Assembly: GCA_963771465.1 (NCBI GenBank)
Contig: CAVYTU010000013.1
Span: 160,001 to 224,000, forward strand
Direction: 5' to 3'
Length of the DNA: 64,000 nt
Source of the DNA: an uncultured delta proteobacterium
GTDB taxonomy: Bacteria > Desulfobacterota > Binatia > UBA9968
Shown: positions 19,445 to 29,815 of the stretch, in pieces
Layout: each line of letters opens with the position of its first letter
Numbering within the stretch: position 1 is the stretch's first letter
The notes under the pieces: model-generated
Seen by the model: only the letters and a program-made list of their open reading frames with translations
What the model was told of the DNA's origin: nothing
Database searches by the model: none
Position numbers and translations under genes: made by a program

Positions 19445-20383
19445 TCATGACGTTGGTCGCACGAGGCGGTTGTTGCCTCGCACACGCTTGCCCCGTTGTA
19501 TTTCAGGCGCTGCCGGCTGTGCCTTGTGCGACGGCGTAAACCCCGAGCCTAATCTGGTGGCATAGACCTGGGTCATCTCGGCACCAAAGAAAAAAATTAG
19601 CGATGAGTAATAAATCCATAAAAGCAAGGTGACAAGCGATCCCGCGGCGCCGTATACAGACGTCACCGAGCTTTGCCCGAGATAAAGACCGATAAAGAAC
19701 TTTCCGACGTTAAACAAGAGAGCGGTGAGTATCCCGCCGACCGCTACGTCCTTCCAAACGATGCGCCCGTCCGGCATGAATCTATAAATAGCGGCGAATA
19801 TAAATGCGATCAGGCCAAATGAGACGAAAAAATGTATAGCCTGGAGCAGGACGCCGGTGTCTGGCATCGTGCTTCGGAGAAACTGATCGAATGCAGAAAG
19901 AGCCGCGCTGACGGCTAGAGACACCAGCAACAGAAAGCCAACACCGAGCACCATTGCGTAAGAGATGAAGCGTTCTTTGACGAAACCGACCACGCCTTGC
20001 TCGGGTTTTGGTTCGATTCCCCAGATCATGTTTAGTGAGCTTTGTAGCTGGCCGACCACACCGCCGGCGCCAAATAACAGCAGCGCTACGCCAACTAGCA
20101 TCGTCGCGATACTATCCCCAGTTTGCTGCTTGCCGGCGTTTTCGATCATTGTTTGGATGACCAAGCCGGTGTCCTTACCGACAAAACCCGACAGCGTCTG
20201 AACTAACTGATCTTGCGCTGCCTCGCGGCCGAAAAATAAACCCGCCAGAGACACAGCAATTACTAGCAGGGGAGCAAGTGAGAAGAGCGTGTAATAAGCC
20301 AAAGCGGCAGCCAATTCGAACGGCCGGTCTTCATTCCACCACTGGTTAAACGCTTCCTTTAGTACGGTCCAAAACGATCGCAT
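19445..20383 (-). CDS. YihY/BrkB family membrane protein
   Basis: AAALAYYTLFSLAPLL, YGAAGSLVTLLLWIYYSSLIFFFGAE; start placed downstream of the promoter motif. Confidence 0.9.
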   Translation of the reverse strand: MRSFWTVLKEAFNQWWNEDRPFELAAALAYYTLFSLAPLLVIAVSLAGLFFGREAAQDQLVQTLSGFVGKDTGLVIQTMIENAGKQQTGDSIATMLVGVALLLFGAGGVVGQLQSSLNMIWGIEPKPEQGVVGFVKERFISYAMVLGVGFLLLVSLAVSAALSAFDQFLRSTMPDTGVLLQAIHFFVSFGLIAFIFAAIYRFMPDGRIVWKDVAVGGILTALLFNVGKFFIGLYLGQSSVTSVYGAAGSLVTLLLWIYYSSLIFFFGAEMTQVYATRLGSGFTPSHKAQPAAPEIQRGKRVRGNNRLVRPTS

Positions 20384-20412
20384 TTGATTTAATTCCATTG
20401 CCCAATGCTTTC

Positions 20413-20427
20413 GCAAGCGGAATGCCA
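20413..20427 (-). promoter_or_regulatory. sigma54-type -24/-12 promoter
   Basis: Minus strand TGGCATTCCGCTTGC. Confidence 0.7.
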
Positions 20428-20604
20428 CCCAACACGGCGCATGGCGGGCAGTGCGTGCGATACGGAAGGACCAAATTAAACCTGCTGAGTCTCACGATTC
20501 ACACACTAGAGGGAACGAAAGTATCAGAAGTAGGATTTGATTCGAGAGTCGAGCGGAAAAAGATTTTTGCCTGGCGTACCAGGAGTCTCAGGATTCGGCA
20601 ACTT

Positions 20605-20619
20605 TGGTGTGGCTCTTGC
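20605..20619 (+). promoter_or_regulatory. sigma54-type -24/-12 promoter
   Basis: TGGTGTGGCTCTTGC upstream of RBS aaggag and ATG 20666. Confidence 0.6.
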
Positions 20620-20665
20620 ACTATTGAAACCGTGAAGAAGTCTAATCCATAAGGAGCAATTTTTT

Positions 20666-20983
20666 ATGCCGAACGCGACACAATTACTACGTCAGGATCA
20701 TAAGAAGGTGAAGGCTTTGTTCGCCAAATTCGAGCAGGGCAAGGCTGCCGATGCAAAAAGGCGCTTTGCTATGCAGTCAATGAATGAGCTGGAAGTTCAC
20801 GCCCGGGTAGAAGAAGAGATTTTCTATCCCGCCGATCACTAAGTACGGCGAGATCCTGAGGAACGAAACGCAAAGTCTGGAACCCGATCGAAGACCAAAA
20901 GCAACGCTAAATCGACTCCTCAGAGGAAATCACGGTCGAGGACCGCGCGCAGCTCTGGCCGCAAACGAGCACGGGCAAGCTAA
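20666..20983 (+). pseudogene. Hemerythrin/HHE-domain gene with internal deletion and premature stop
   Basis: MPNATQLLRQDHKKVKALF...ELEVHARVEEEIFYPA then TAA at 20840-20842; the same frame resumes as a basic tail ending KRARAS; parallels 27457..27906. Confidence 0.75.
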
Positions 20984-21119
20984 CCGATAAGCGCGCTGCC
21001 GAGCAACCGCACTCGCACGCTGATCTATATTCGGGACGTTCTCAAAGCTAATTACTTAAAACTGGAACGGATGATGATAGCCGTCACATTGGTTGCAGGG
21101 GAAACCGTCTGTGCCTGCG

Positions 21120-21134
21120 CGGCATGTTAGTTGC
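21120..21134 (+). promoter_or_regulatory. sigma54-type -24/-12 promoter
   Basis: CGGCATGTTAGTTGC, nearly identical to the 15493 motif. Confidence 0.7.
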
Positions 21135-21155
21135 TCTCTAAAGCTAGCGAAGAAG

Positions 21156-21758
21156 ATGATTAACGACAATACACAGCGCCAGGACGAATTAACCGTGGAG
21201 GGGCTGAATGGATCGGCGAGTGTTGCAAATAAGCAAAGCGATCACGTCACTAAGACGATCGAAGATATTCTGAAACTAGAATCTCTCGAGCGGACGCACA
21301 CTGAGCGCATAGCCGATGGCATCACAGGTTTCTTTGGGAGCATCGGTTTTATTTGGCTGCACGTCCTCTGGTTCTCGCTGTGGATTATTTTCAATCTTCC
21401 GGGATGGGGCTTCGAACCGCTCGATCCGTTTCCGTTTACGTTTTTGACGATGATTGTTTCGTTGGAAGCAATTTTCCTGTCGGCATTTATCTTGATGTCA
21501 GAAAATAGGCAGGGACGTCTGGCCGACCGCAGAGCACGAGTTAATTTACAAGTGGACATGATCGCCGAGCGCGAGGTTACTAAATTGATGGAATTGGTCA
21601 TGGACATACACTCGCAACTGGGAATCAAGAAACCGGTGGATGACGAGCTGGAGAGTATGCAGAAACCGACCAATATCGAGCATCTAACCGAGGCCGCTCA
21701 AACAGCTGAGGACGAAAACTGCGCCACGTCCTCGGCAAAGGTCACCTTGGATCGTTAA
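21156..21758 (+). CDS. DUF1003 membrane protein
   Basis: ERIADGITGFFGS, DPFPFTFLTMIVSLEAIFLSAFILMSENRQ. Confidence 0.88.
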   Translation: MINDNTQRQDELTVEGLNGSASVANKQSDHVTKTIEDILKLESLERTHTERIADGITGFFGSIGFIWLHVLWFSLWIIFNLPGWGFEPLDPFPFTFLTMIVSLEAIFLSAFILMSENRQGRLADRRARVNLQVDMIAEREVTKLMELVMDIHSQLGIKKPVDDELESMQKPTNIEHLTEAAQTAEDENCATSSAKVTLDR

Positions 21759-21802
21759 TTCTAAAAATTCCTTTATGTCTAATAATAATTGGGAGGTGTT
21801 TT

Positions 21803-22615
21803 ATGCAGCTTAAAGAATTTATTAATTCTCGCGTCGAAACAGTCCAACCCGGTGACACATTACAACAAGCCGCGGAAAAAATGAAAGAATTGGATGTCGG
21901 ATCGCTGCCGGTGTGCGCCGGCGGGCAGCTGGTCGGCATGATCACAGACCGTGACATCACGATTCGCGCAGTTGCCAGAGGAAGCGAGCCGGCAACGGCG
22001 ACGGTGAGTGAAGTGATGACGCCCGACGCCCTGTGGTGTTTTGAGGATGAGACAGTCGAAGAAGCCGCCCGAACTATGCAAGAGCATCAAGTGCGGCGAA
22101 TTCTTGTGCTTAACGAAGCCAAGGAGCTCGTCGGTATCACCTCGTTGGGAGAACTGGTTACGGTCACGGGCGATCGCCGGTTGGCCGGTGAGACGCTCGA
22201 AGCCATTTCTGAAGCCAGACAAGCGGAAGACAAACTTGATGACGATGAGCTTGACGTCGAGGAGCCTGGCGATGACTCAAATAGCGAAGAAGGCGGCGCC
22301 GGGTCAAATGAAACGCGAGTGACAGGGCTTCTCCACGACCGCGAAGCCGCCAAAAGAGCGGTCGAGGAATTAAAGGATGCAGGCTTCACAGACAGCTCAA
22401 TTCTGGTTGCCATGCAGGATGAAACCGAGCAGGAGAGTTTTGCCGAGGAGACTCATGCGCAAGCCATCGGGGCCGGGGAAATTCCCAGCTTGCCTGATTT
22501 GAGCCCGGGCCAAGTCCTAGTCATGGTCGAAGCCGAAAGCCGCGCAGCGGATGCTTTGAATATACTCAATCGGAATCATGCGGTCACTGGCGGCGTGCGC
22601 ACTCCTGCTGCTTGA
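21803..22615 (+). CDS. CBS-pair protein fused through an acidic linker to a YflT-like domain
   Basis: LDVGSLPVC...GMITDRDI...QVRRILV CBS pair; D/E-rich linker; C-terminal copy of the 18927 domain. Confidence 0.85.
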   Translation: MQLKEFINSRVETVQPGDTLQQAAEKMKELDVGSLPVCAGGQLVGMITDRDITIRAVARGSEPATATVSEVMTPDALWCFEDETVEEAARTMQEHQVRRILVLNEAKELVGITSLGELVTVTGDRRLAGETLEAISEARQAEDKLDDDELDVEEPGDDSNSEEGGAGSNETRVTGLLHDREAAKRAVEELKDAGFTDSSILVAMQDETEQESFAEETHAQAIGAGEIPSLPDLSPGQVLVMVEAESRAADALNILNRNHAVTGGVRTPAA

Positions 22616-22631
22616 TTTGAATCGGGAGCCT

Positions 22632-23000
22632 ATGCAGCCGAACTCCGGCACTCTTAAAAGCATCCTTTCGGCTCAGGGAGCCTATTATTTAGTTACGGGG
22701 GTATGGCCGCTGGTGGCCATGCGCAGTTTTGAGCGTGTCACCGGGCCGAAGACCGATAAATGGCTGGTCAAAACCGTCGGTGTTTTGGTCGCAGCCATCG
22801 GCGGCTCATTGATGGTTGCGGGCCGCCGAAATCCGGTCAGTCGGGAAGCGCGGCTGCTCGCTGCGGCAAGCGCCGGCGGGCTTGCGCTGATCGATATCAC
22901 CTACGTCGCTAAGCGTCGCATCGCGCCGATCTACTTGCTCGATGCATTGGCAGAAGTAGCGTTGCTGGCGATGGGGAAATACGTGCACGCGAGAGACTGA
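22632..23000 (+). CDS. Hypothetical membrane protein
   Basis: RBS ggag; QGAYYLVTGVWPLV...FERVTGPKTDKWLVKTVG; hydrophobic segments. Confidence 0.7.
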   Translation: MQPNSGTLKSILSAQGAYYLVTGVWPLVAMRSFERVTGPKTDKWLVKTVGVLVAAIGGSLMVAGRRNPVSREARLLAAASAGGLALIDITYVAKRRIAPIYLLDALAEVALLAMGKYVHARD

Positions 23001-23102
23001 GGCTCAGCGCTCTACACCTGTCAACCGGGAGGTTGCGCTGAACGATTACCGAAAAAGGGAATTTAGTTCGAGAACAAATTTTTATTTTAAAGGAGACGAC
23101 AA

Positions 23103-23696
23103 ATGGAAAACGAAGAGCTGAAGCAGCTTCTCTACGAGGCTTTGGAGACCGAGCTTGGCGGTGTGAAGGTTTATGAAATGGCGATTCAATGCGCCGTGAA
23201 CGAGGATTTAAAGAAGGAGTGGGAAGAGTATCTAGATCAAACTACGAATCACGTCCAGGTCGTACGCAACATATTTGAAAAACTCGGGCTTGACTCTGAA
23301 GCCGAAACGCCGGGCCGCCAAGTGGTGCGTCATATCGGACAGTCGCTTGTGAAAGCTATGGAAATGGCTCAGCAAGCGGGGAGGCCCCAGGCCGCTGAAA
23401 TCGTTGCGGCCGAGTGTGTCGGAGAAGCAGAGACTAAGGATCATTTGAACTGGGAATTGATTGGCCTAGCCGCCAAAAAGGTAAAAGGAGAAGAAGGTAA
23501 AGCGTTAAAAGAGGCGCACGAAGAAGTTGAGGACGAGGAAGACGAGCACCTTTATCATACTAAAGGATGGAGTCGGGAGTTGTGGATGCAATCGATGGGT
23601 TTTCCTGCGGTGATACCACCGCCAGAGGAAAAAAAGGACGTCAAAACTGCGATAGGAGCTGCACGCGCTAAACAAAGCCGTTCCGAAATGCTGTAA
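23103..23696 (+). CDS. Ferritin-like (DUF892/YciE-like) protein
   Basis: ALETELGG, EYLDQTTNH, ETKDH, EEDEH ExxH-type ligands; RBS aaggag. Confidence 0.8.
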   Translation: MENEELKQLLYEALETELGGVKVYEMAIQCAVNEDLKKEWEEYLDQTTNHVQVVRNIFEKLGLDSEAETPGRQVVRHIGQSLVKAMEMAQQAGRPQAAEIVAAECVGEAETKDHLNWELIGLAAKKVKGEEGKALKEAHEEVEDEEDEHLYHTKGWSRELWMQSMGFPAVIPPPEEKKDVKTAIGAARAKQSRSEML

Positions 23697-24033
23697 CGTG
23701 GATTAATTACTTTCTACAACAAGTGAGACCGGTTGATCACAGCTAGAGAGCGGTTTTGGGCCGCCCCCTTCCTGGAGGGCGGCTGCTTGCGTGCGCGCGC
23801 CGCTTGCTGGCGCTGATCAATATAATTACTCAATAATCGCGCCGGTCAATTTATTATGAACGAGTGGTATCGGCGATACCCTTCAGAAAAATGAAGCGCG
23901 ACGAAAGGGTGCGGGCGCAATAAAAGCGGCAGGGGCGCATCTACGGGCGACAATAAGCTCCATGAACTTTAAGCCGCATCAGAGCCCGCCGTTAAGGCAA
24001 GTAACAGTAAATGCTGATTAGGAAGGACTACTA

Positions 24034-26521
24034 ATGGCGACCAGAAAAAAAACCCGTTCCAACCGTTCCAAAGACAGTTTGAAAACCCGCTCCGGCCAGA
24101 ATGAAAAGGCGAGGGATAAAAGAACCAGCCCAAAAGACGCTAGCGACGCGACAGCATCCAAGGCGAGTACACGTTCGACGGTGAGCGGTCCCATGAATCC
24201 GAGCGGATCTTCGGCCGCGAGCGATGCCCTGGCCGCTAAGTTCGACGCGACTCAGAAGCTTGCGGCGGATATGCCGTACAACGTAAACAAGGCGCTCGAA
24301 CACGGCGAACTTTCGTTGCAGCCTCAAGAGGGCCAGAGAGTCGAGCCCGCCGATCCTTCAGCGACCGGCAGTACGTTGAGCGAAACCAATTCGTCCGATA
24401 AGACCGGCGCTGGCAAGCCACAGCTGGGAACCAATCCAAGCAGTCTTCCACTCGACCGGGTACGTGTCGATTCCAGTGGTCAAGCGCTGACCACCAATCA
24501 GGGTGTTCCAGTCGCCGACAATCAGAATTCGCTCAAAGCCGGATATCGCGGGCCGGCACTACTCCAAGATTTTATTCTGCGCGAGAAGATCACCCATTTT
24601 GACCACGAGCGCATACCGGAGCGCATAGTTCACGCCCGCGGTTCGGCCGCACACGGGTATTTCGAATGCTACGAGTCGCTGCAAAAATATACCGCCGCGT
24701 CGCTATTTGCCGAAGCCGGCAAACGCACCCCTGTTTTCGTGCGCTTCTCGACCGTCATTGGCGAACGAGGCTCCGCTGATACCGTGCGCGACGTGCGCGG
24801 TTTCGCGGTGAAGTTCTACACCGATCAAGGCAATTTCGATTTGGTCGGCAACAACATTCCGGTTTTCTTTATTCAGGACGCGATGAAATTTCCGGACCTG
24901 GTGCACGCCGCCAAGCCTGAGCCTCATTTTGCGGTGCCCCAAGCCTCGACGGCGCACGATACTTTCTGGGATTTTATTTCTTTAATGCCGGAATCGACGC
25001 ATATGATGATGTGGGCGATGTCGGATCGCGCGATTCCGCGCAGCTATCGCATGATGCAGGGCTTCGGCGTGCACACCTTTCGATTGGTGAATGCAGATGG
25101 CGAGTCCCAATTCGTAAAATTCCACTGGCGTCCGATCGCCGGCACTCATTCGCTCGATTGGGATGAGGCGGTCAAGATTTCAGGTGCGGATGCTGACTTC
25201 CACCGCCGCGACTTGTGGGAAGCGATCGAAGCCGGCGCTTACCCCGAGTACGAGTTCGGCATGCAGATCTTCACTGAAGAGCAGGCGGAAAAGTTCACCT
25301 TCGATGTATTGGACGCCACCAAAATAGTGCCCGAGGAATTGGTTCCAGTAATGCCTGTTGGAAAAATGGTTTTGAACCGTAACCCGGACAATTTTTTTGC
25401 GGAAACCGAGCAGGTCGCATTCTGTGCCGCGCACATCGTGCCCGGATTGGACTTTTCCAACGATCCACTACTGGCCGGGCGCATTCATTCTTATATCGAT
25501 ACACAAATATCGCGGCTCGGCGGCCCCAACTTTCATGAAATTCCGATTAATGCGCCGATCGCGCCGGCGCACAACAATCAACGCGACGGCATGCATCGCC
25601 AGGCGCTTAATCGTGGCCGGGCCGCCTACGAACCGAATTCGCTTGCAGGCGGCTGCCCTTTCCAGGCCGGAGCGGCTGGTTTCAGCTCGTTTCCAGAGCC
25701 CCTACATGGAGATCAGGTACGCGCTAAGCCCGAGCGCTTTGCGGATCATTACACCCAGGCAACGCTGTTCTGGAACAGTCAGACGGCGGTCGAGAAGGCG
25801 CACATCATCCGGGCGTTTCGCTTTGAGCTTACGCGGGTGCAGATTCCGGCGGTGCGCACGCGCGTCGTGGCCATGCTGGCAAACGTCGCCAATGATCTTG
25901 CCGCAAGTGTTGCTCAAGGACTTGGCATGGCAGTGCCGGCTGCTCAGCCTAAGGCGATGGAAAAGCCGCCTAAGCCGGAGGTTGCCGCTTCGCCTGCGCT
26001 ATCGCTGTTCGCTCGGCCCGGTGACGGCAATATACGCACGCGCAGGATTGCCATCTTAGTCGCAGATGGGGTGATCGGCGCAGACTTGAACTCGCTACAC
26101 GAAGGCCTCACCGCCCAGGGGGCTGTGCCGCGTTTCGTTGGCGCTCGTCTAGGCAGCGTTGAAAGCGCAGACGGGGACCGGATCGAAGTCGATGCGACCT
26201 TGGAAGCGGTGCCCTCCGTACTTTATGACGCAGTGGTAATTCCCAGCGGTCGAGAAGCCATAGAGGCGCTGGGAAAATTGGGACATGCGGCCGAATTCAT
26301 TAAAGATCAATATCGCCACTGCAAACCCCTTCTGGTGCTCGGTGCCGGCCGAGAGCTGGTTGAAAATACCGGCGTTCCATTGACCCTCCCGTCCGGCGAA
26401 CCTGATCCTGGGGTACTGATATTTACCGATGAGCAAGCTGACGAGGCACTCGCACAATTTGTCGAAGGCGATTGGCAAGCACCGCCATTTTGCCCGTGAA
26501 ATGGATCCTCCGCCCGTTTGA
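24034..26521 (+). CDS. katE: Large-subunit catalase HPII with C-terminal DJ-1-like domain; frameshift near 26466 affects the last ~17 aa
   Basis: [33 protein letters not shown]; the alternative frame gives the expected [17 protein letters not shown] ending at 26521. Confidence 0.93.
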
Positions 26522-26567
26522 TCGTCTAGTGGGAACGAACGGGTCAATGATCGGACAAGGACTTTCC

Positions 26568-27279
26568 ATGCAGCGCCAAGTATCAGTTGCGCGAACTGGC
26601 GAACGAAAAAAAGTAAGCAAGGCCCGCGTTTTTTTATGAGAACGGCCTTTCCATCGTGCTGTTCGGTTGCTTTCTGGCTTTTTTAATCGGCCAGGGAATC
26701 GCGGGTCATCACCAGTATAATGAGGACTTGAAAGAGCACGGGCAGCCCGGCATCACTTTGTCGCAATATCTTGGCAGCGATCATTTTCTTGAAGCTACTG
26801 CGGAAAATTGGGAAAGCGAGTTTCTGCAGATGTTCGCCTATGTGATGTTCACGATCTTTCTTTATCAAAAAGGTTCATCTGAATCGAAAACGCCTGGTGA
26901 GCCGGACGCGGTTGACAGAGAACCGATAAAGTCGGCAAAGGATGCTCCCTGGCCGGTGCGCAAAGGTGGGGTTATTTTGAAGCTCTACGAGAATTCTCTG
27001 GCGCTAGTTTTTCTATTACTTTTTCTCGGATCGTTCATGGTACACGCCGTTGCGGGCGCGAGGCTTCAGAGTAAGGACCAAGAGCTGCACGGCAAACCAG
27101 CTATGTCAGTTTCTGAATATTTAGGCACTTCGCGTTTCTGGTTCGAGGCTTTGCAAAACTGGCAAAGCGAATTTTTAGCTATTGGTTCGATGGTGTTCTT
27201 ATCGATTTTTCTGCGTCAAAAAGGCTCGCCTGAATCCAAGCCGGTCGATAGCCCGCATGGTCAAACAGGAAAAGACTAG
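26568..27279 (+). CDS. DUF6766-like membrane protein; frameshift in the T7 run at 26629-26635
   Basis: Duplicated ENWESEFLQ/QNWQSEFL and QKGSxESK motifs; ATG 26568 with RBS joins YENGLSIV if one T is removed. Confidence 0.75.
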
Positions 27280-27406
27280 CGGTCATCGAATCAAGTTACG
27301 CTGCGATGGAGTAAGCGATAGTCGTCTGGTACGGGCACGCTTCGTGGAACCATAGCGTTGCCGCCAATGCCTTCAGATAATATGGGTGGGCTCACTGTAG
27401 GGCGGG

Positions 27407-27434
27407 CAGGGAGGGATTATTAAATCCCTCCCTG
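27407..27434. terminator. Hairpin between convergent genes
   Basis: CAGGGAGGGAT-N6-ATCCCTCCCTG. Confidence 0.55.
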
Positions 27435-27456
27435 TGTTGGTGTAGTCCGATAGTCG

Positions 27457-27906
27457 TTAGCTGGCTTTGCGTCTTTTTTGGCCCTGTCCTTTAGCTGCTT
27501 CGAGGTCAGACCCCAGTTTTTCGAGCTGCTGCTTACTCATAACCTTGCGGAGTTTGGGAAACATTTTTCCTTCTTCCTCTTCTTCCGCGTGATGCTCGAC
27601 GTTCTCCATCAGCACCTGAAGCTTGGGCTCGAATTTCTCGCTGTCCGAAGTCAGATTGTCCATCTCTTTCAGCAGCGTCTTGATCTGTTTATGCTCTTCC
27701 AGCGATTCGAGCACCATGTCTTTTACTTCTTCATGTTTCTGCACCGCCGGATAAAATACCGTCTCTTCAATCCGAGCATGGGTTTCTAGCTCGGTTTTGA
27801 TCTGATCAAAGATGTTTTCTTGTTCCTTGCCTTCGGCTTCTTCAGCTTGCTCAAAAAGCTCTTTTACTTTTTGATGATCCTTTTTTAACAGTTCTAATCC
27901 GTCCAT
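27457..27906 (-). CDS. Hemerythrin/HHE cation-binding domain protein
   Basis: LLKKDHQKV, HARIEETVFYP, EEH, HHAEEEE. Confidence 0.9.
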   Translation of the reverse strand: MDGLELLKKDHQKVKELFEQAEEAEGKEQENIFDQIKTELETHARIEETVFYPAVQKHEEVKDMVLESLEEHKQIKTLLKEMDNLTSDSEKFEPKLQVLMENVEHHAEEEEEGKMFPKLRKVMSKQQLEKLGSDLEAAKGQGQKRRKAS

Positions 27907-27952
27907 GTTTTGTTGCCCCCTTAAGTAAATATGTTAACGACTACACAGTAGA

Positions 27953-27967
27953 GCAAATGCGGGACCA
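27953..27967 (-). promoter_or_regulatory. sigma54-type -24/-12 promoter
   Basis: Minus strand TGGTCCCGCATTTGC; palindrome TGTCCTAGTCATAGGATT at 28007-28024 lies upstream. Confidence 0.7.
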
Positions 27968-28069
27968 GGCAATAGTTAGATATCCTTTGTGAATAAGAGA
28001 CCCGATTGTCCTAGTCATAGGATTTTACAGCAGCGCAGCGGGCGACAATGGGACAGCAGCGCGAATTCA

Positions 28070-28309
28070 TCAGCCGTTGCCGTCGTCATTTTTTTTGACG
28101 CCGCGAATGTTTAGTCCGGCAAGGCAGATCTGCAAGATCACCATCGCCCAGGCACGATCATGCCAGCCCCAAATTCCCCAGAGTAAGTTACTCGCAAGAA
28201 AACACCAAAAACCAATCTCACGGCGAACTTTTCGTTGCGACGCGATTAGCCAAGCGGCAACGACGGTGGTGGCCATTGCCGGCCACTGTAGGAAATCCAA
28301 CCATTCCAT
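28070..28309 (-). CDS. Small membrane protein
   Basis: LQWPAM...GFWCFLASNLLWGIWGW, three hydrophobic segments. Confidence 0.7.
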   Translation of the reverse strand: MEWLDFLQWPAMATTVVAAWLIASQRKVRREIGFWCFLASNLLWGIWGWHDRAWAMVILQICLAGLNIRGVKKNDDGNG

Positions 28310-28495
28310 GTCTTAGGTAACTGCGGCGCGAGCTGCCGTCTACCGAACGTTTATGCGAGCAATGTCGAGACCAGCTTTCTCCAGATGGGTGGTTCTTCGG
28401 CGGTTCGAATTGCAACCCCCTTGAAACTTGCCGATATGTTGGTGAGACTAATCCTCCGGAGCGGTCACTCTGGGGCAAGGCGTGTTATTTAAAAC

Positions 28496-28510
28496 TGGCA
28501 TACACCTTGC
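28496..28510 (+). promoter_or_regulatory. sigma54-type -24/-12 promoter
   Basis: TGGCATACACCTTGC. Confidence 0.75.
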
Positions 28511-28556
28511 GTTAGTTATGTCTCTCGTAGACTTTCTATCTAAAAGGGGCGCCTTT

Positions 28557-29051
28557 ATGGAAAAACCGAACGAACCCGCGCCGATGCGCGAAACCAACGG
28601 AGCTGGCCAAAGCGAGCGGAGCGAGCCTCTCAAGAGCATCGTGGAAAACTTGAAAGAAACGGGCAAGGAGAGGCTCGCAAACGAGAAACAGGCGGTGGCC
28701 GAGCAGGCCGAGAAGTTGGTGGATGTGGTCCAACGGGCGATCGACGAATTGGGCCGGGTCGATTTTTTGTCGATCGCCGGGTACGCCAATCAGCTGGCGT
28801 CGACGATGAAAAGGTTTGCCGACAAACTGCACAATAGTAGCATTGAGGATTTGCTCGATGAAACTCGCCGCGCCGCGCGCCGTAATCCCGAACTGTTTTT
28901 GTTGGGCAGCATTGCCGCCGGCGTGGCTTTGTCGCGTTTCTTCAAAGCATCCCAACAGCGGGAATCGCCTGGGCGGGCAACAGCGCAGGCCGAGGATGAC
29001 GACCGGCATATGGAGCCCGCGCGTGATTACACTTACGCTGCCGGCGATTAG
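28557..29051 (+). CDS. Helical stress protein with C-terminal membrane anchor (ElaB/YqjD-like architecture)
   Basis: ARRNPELFLLGSIAAGVALSRFFKAS; RBS aagggg before ATG 28557. Confidence 0.7.
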   Translation: MEKPNEPAPMRETNGAGQSERSEPLKSIVENLKETGKERLANEKQAVAEQAEKLVDVVQRAIDELGRVDFLSIAGYANQLASTMKRFADKLHNSSIEDLLDETRRAARRNPELFLLGSIAAGVALSRFFKASQQRESPGRATAQAEDDDRHMEPARDYTYAAGD

Positions 29052-29068
29052 GAGAGGAGGTCTTGATC

Positions 29069-29740
29069 ATGGTATTGGAAACGACATTCCGCGATGAGCG
29101 CGCCTTAGAGGAAAAAAAGTTGTCGCCCAGCAATTTGCTCGATACAGTTATAAGTTATTTTCGCGCGCACGGCGGTGAAATGACTAAGGCGGTCGGCCGT
29201 TTTGCGAAAGACCATCCCGCAGTGGCTCTCATGGGTGTCGGCGTCGCCTGGATATTATTAACGCCAAAATCTGCCAACGACTTGGAACGCGATGGGTCCG
29301 TTTCTGGCCGCGACGGTCAGGAGGACGCGACTGAGGAGTATGCGGGCAATCGAAGCACCAGCAAAGCAGGCGACGAATCGATAGAGGGCAACCCTTCAAC
29401 GATCGGCGCTGCCAAAGAGCGCGTGAGCTCGGTCGCGCGGCACGCTGTCAAACGGGCGCAATCACAGACCGAACCCCTGACGCGCGGGCTGAGGGTTATT
29501 GCCCAAGAGCAGCCGTTCTTGCTCGCTGCCATAGGAATGGCCATCGGTGCTGCTATTGGCGCGGCATTGCCGGAGAGCGAACCCGAGCATCGCTGGCTCG
29601 GTCCGGCGCGTGATCGGACGTTGGGCAAAATAAAAGCAGAGGGCGAACATGCCTATGAGCAAGTGCGCGGCGCCACTCAACGAGCGGTCGAGGGCGTCAA
29701 GCAGGCGGTGTGGGAAGTGGCGACGGGAAGTAAAAATTGA
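29069..29740 (+). CDS. DUF3618-associated type stress protein
   Basis: QPFLLAAIGMAIGAAIGAALPESEPEHRWLGPARD; RBS ggagg. Confidence 0.65.
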   Translation: MVLETTFRDERALEEKKLSPSNLLDTVISYFRAHGGEMTKAVGRFAKDHPAVALMGVGVAWILLTPKSANDLERDGSVSGRDGQEDATEEYAGNRSTSKAGDESIEGNPSTIGAAKERVSSVARHAVKRAQSQTEPLTRGLRVIAQEQPFLLAAIGMAIGAAIGAALPESEPEHRWLGPARDRTLGKIKAEGEHAYEQVRGATQRAVEGVKQAVWEVATGSKN

Positions 29741-29815
29741 AAGACTTAAAACGCCGCCGGTGTCCGAGGCACCCAAGGATTTCCACACCGGAACCGTCTT
29801 AAGATCGTTCGACCG

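Noticed and set aside
20840-20842. In-frame stop in the hemerythrin-like gene as recoding
   Set aside because: It is TAA, and read-through would still lack half the domain
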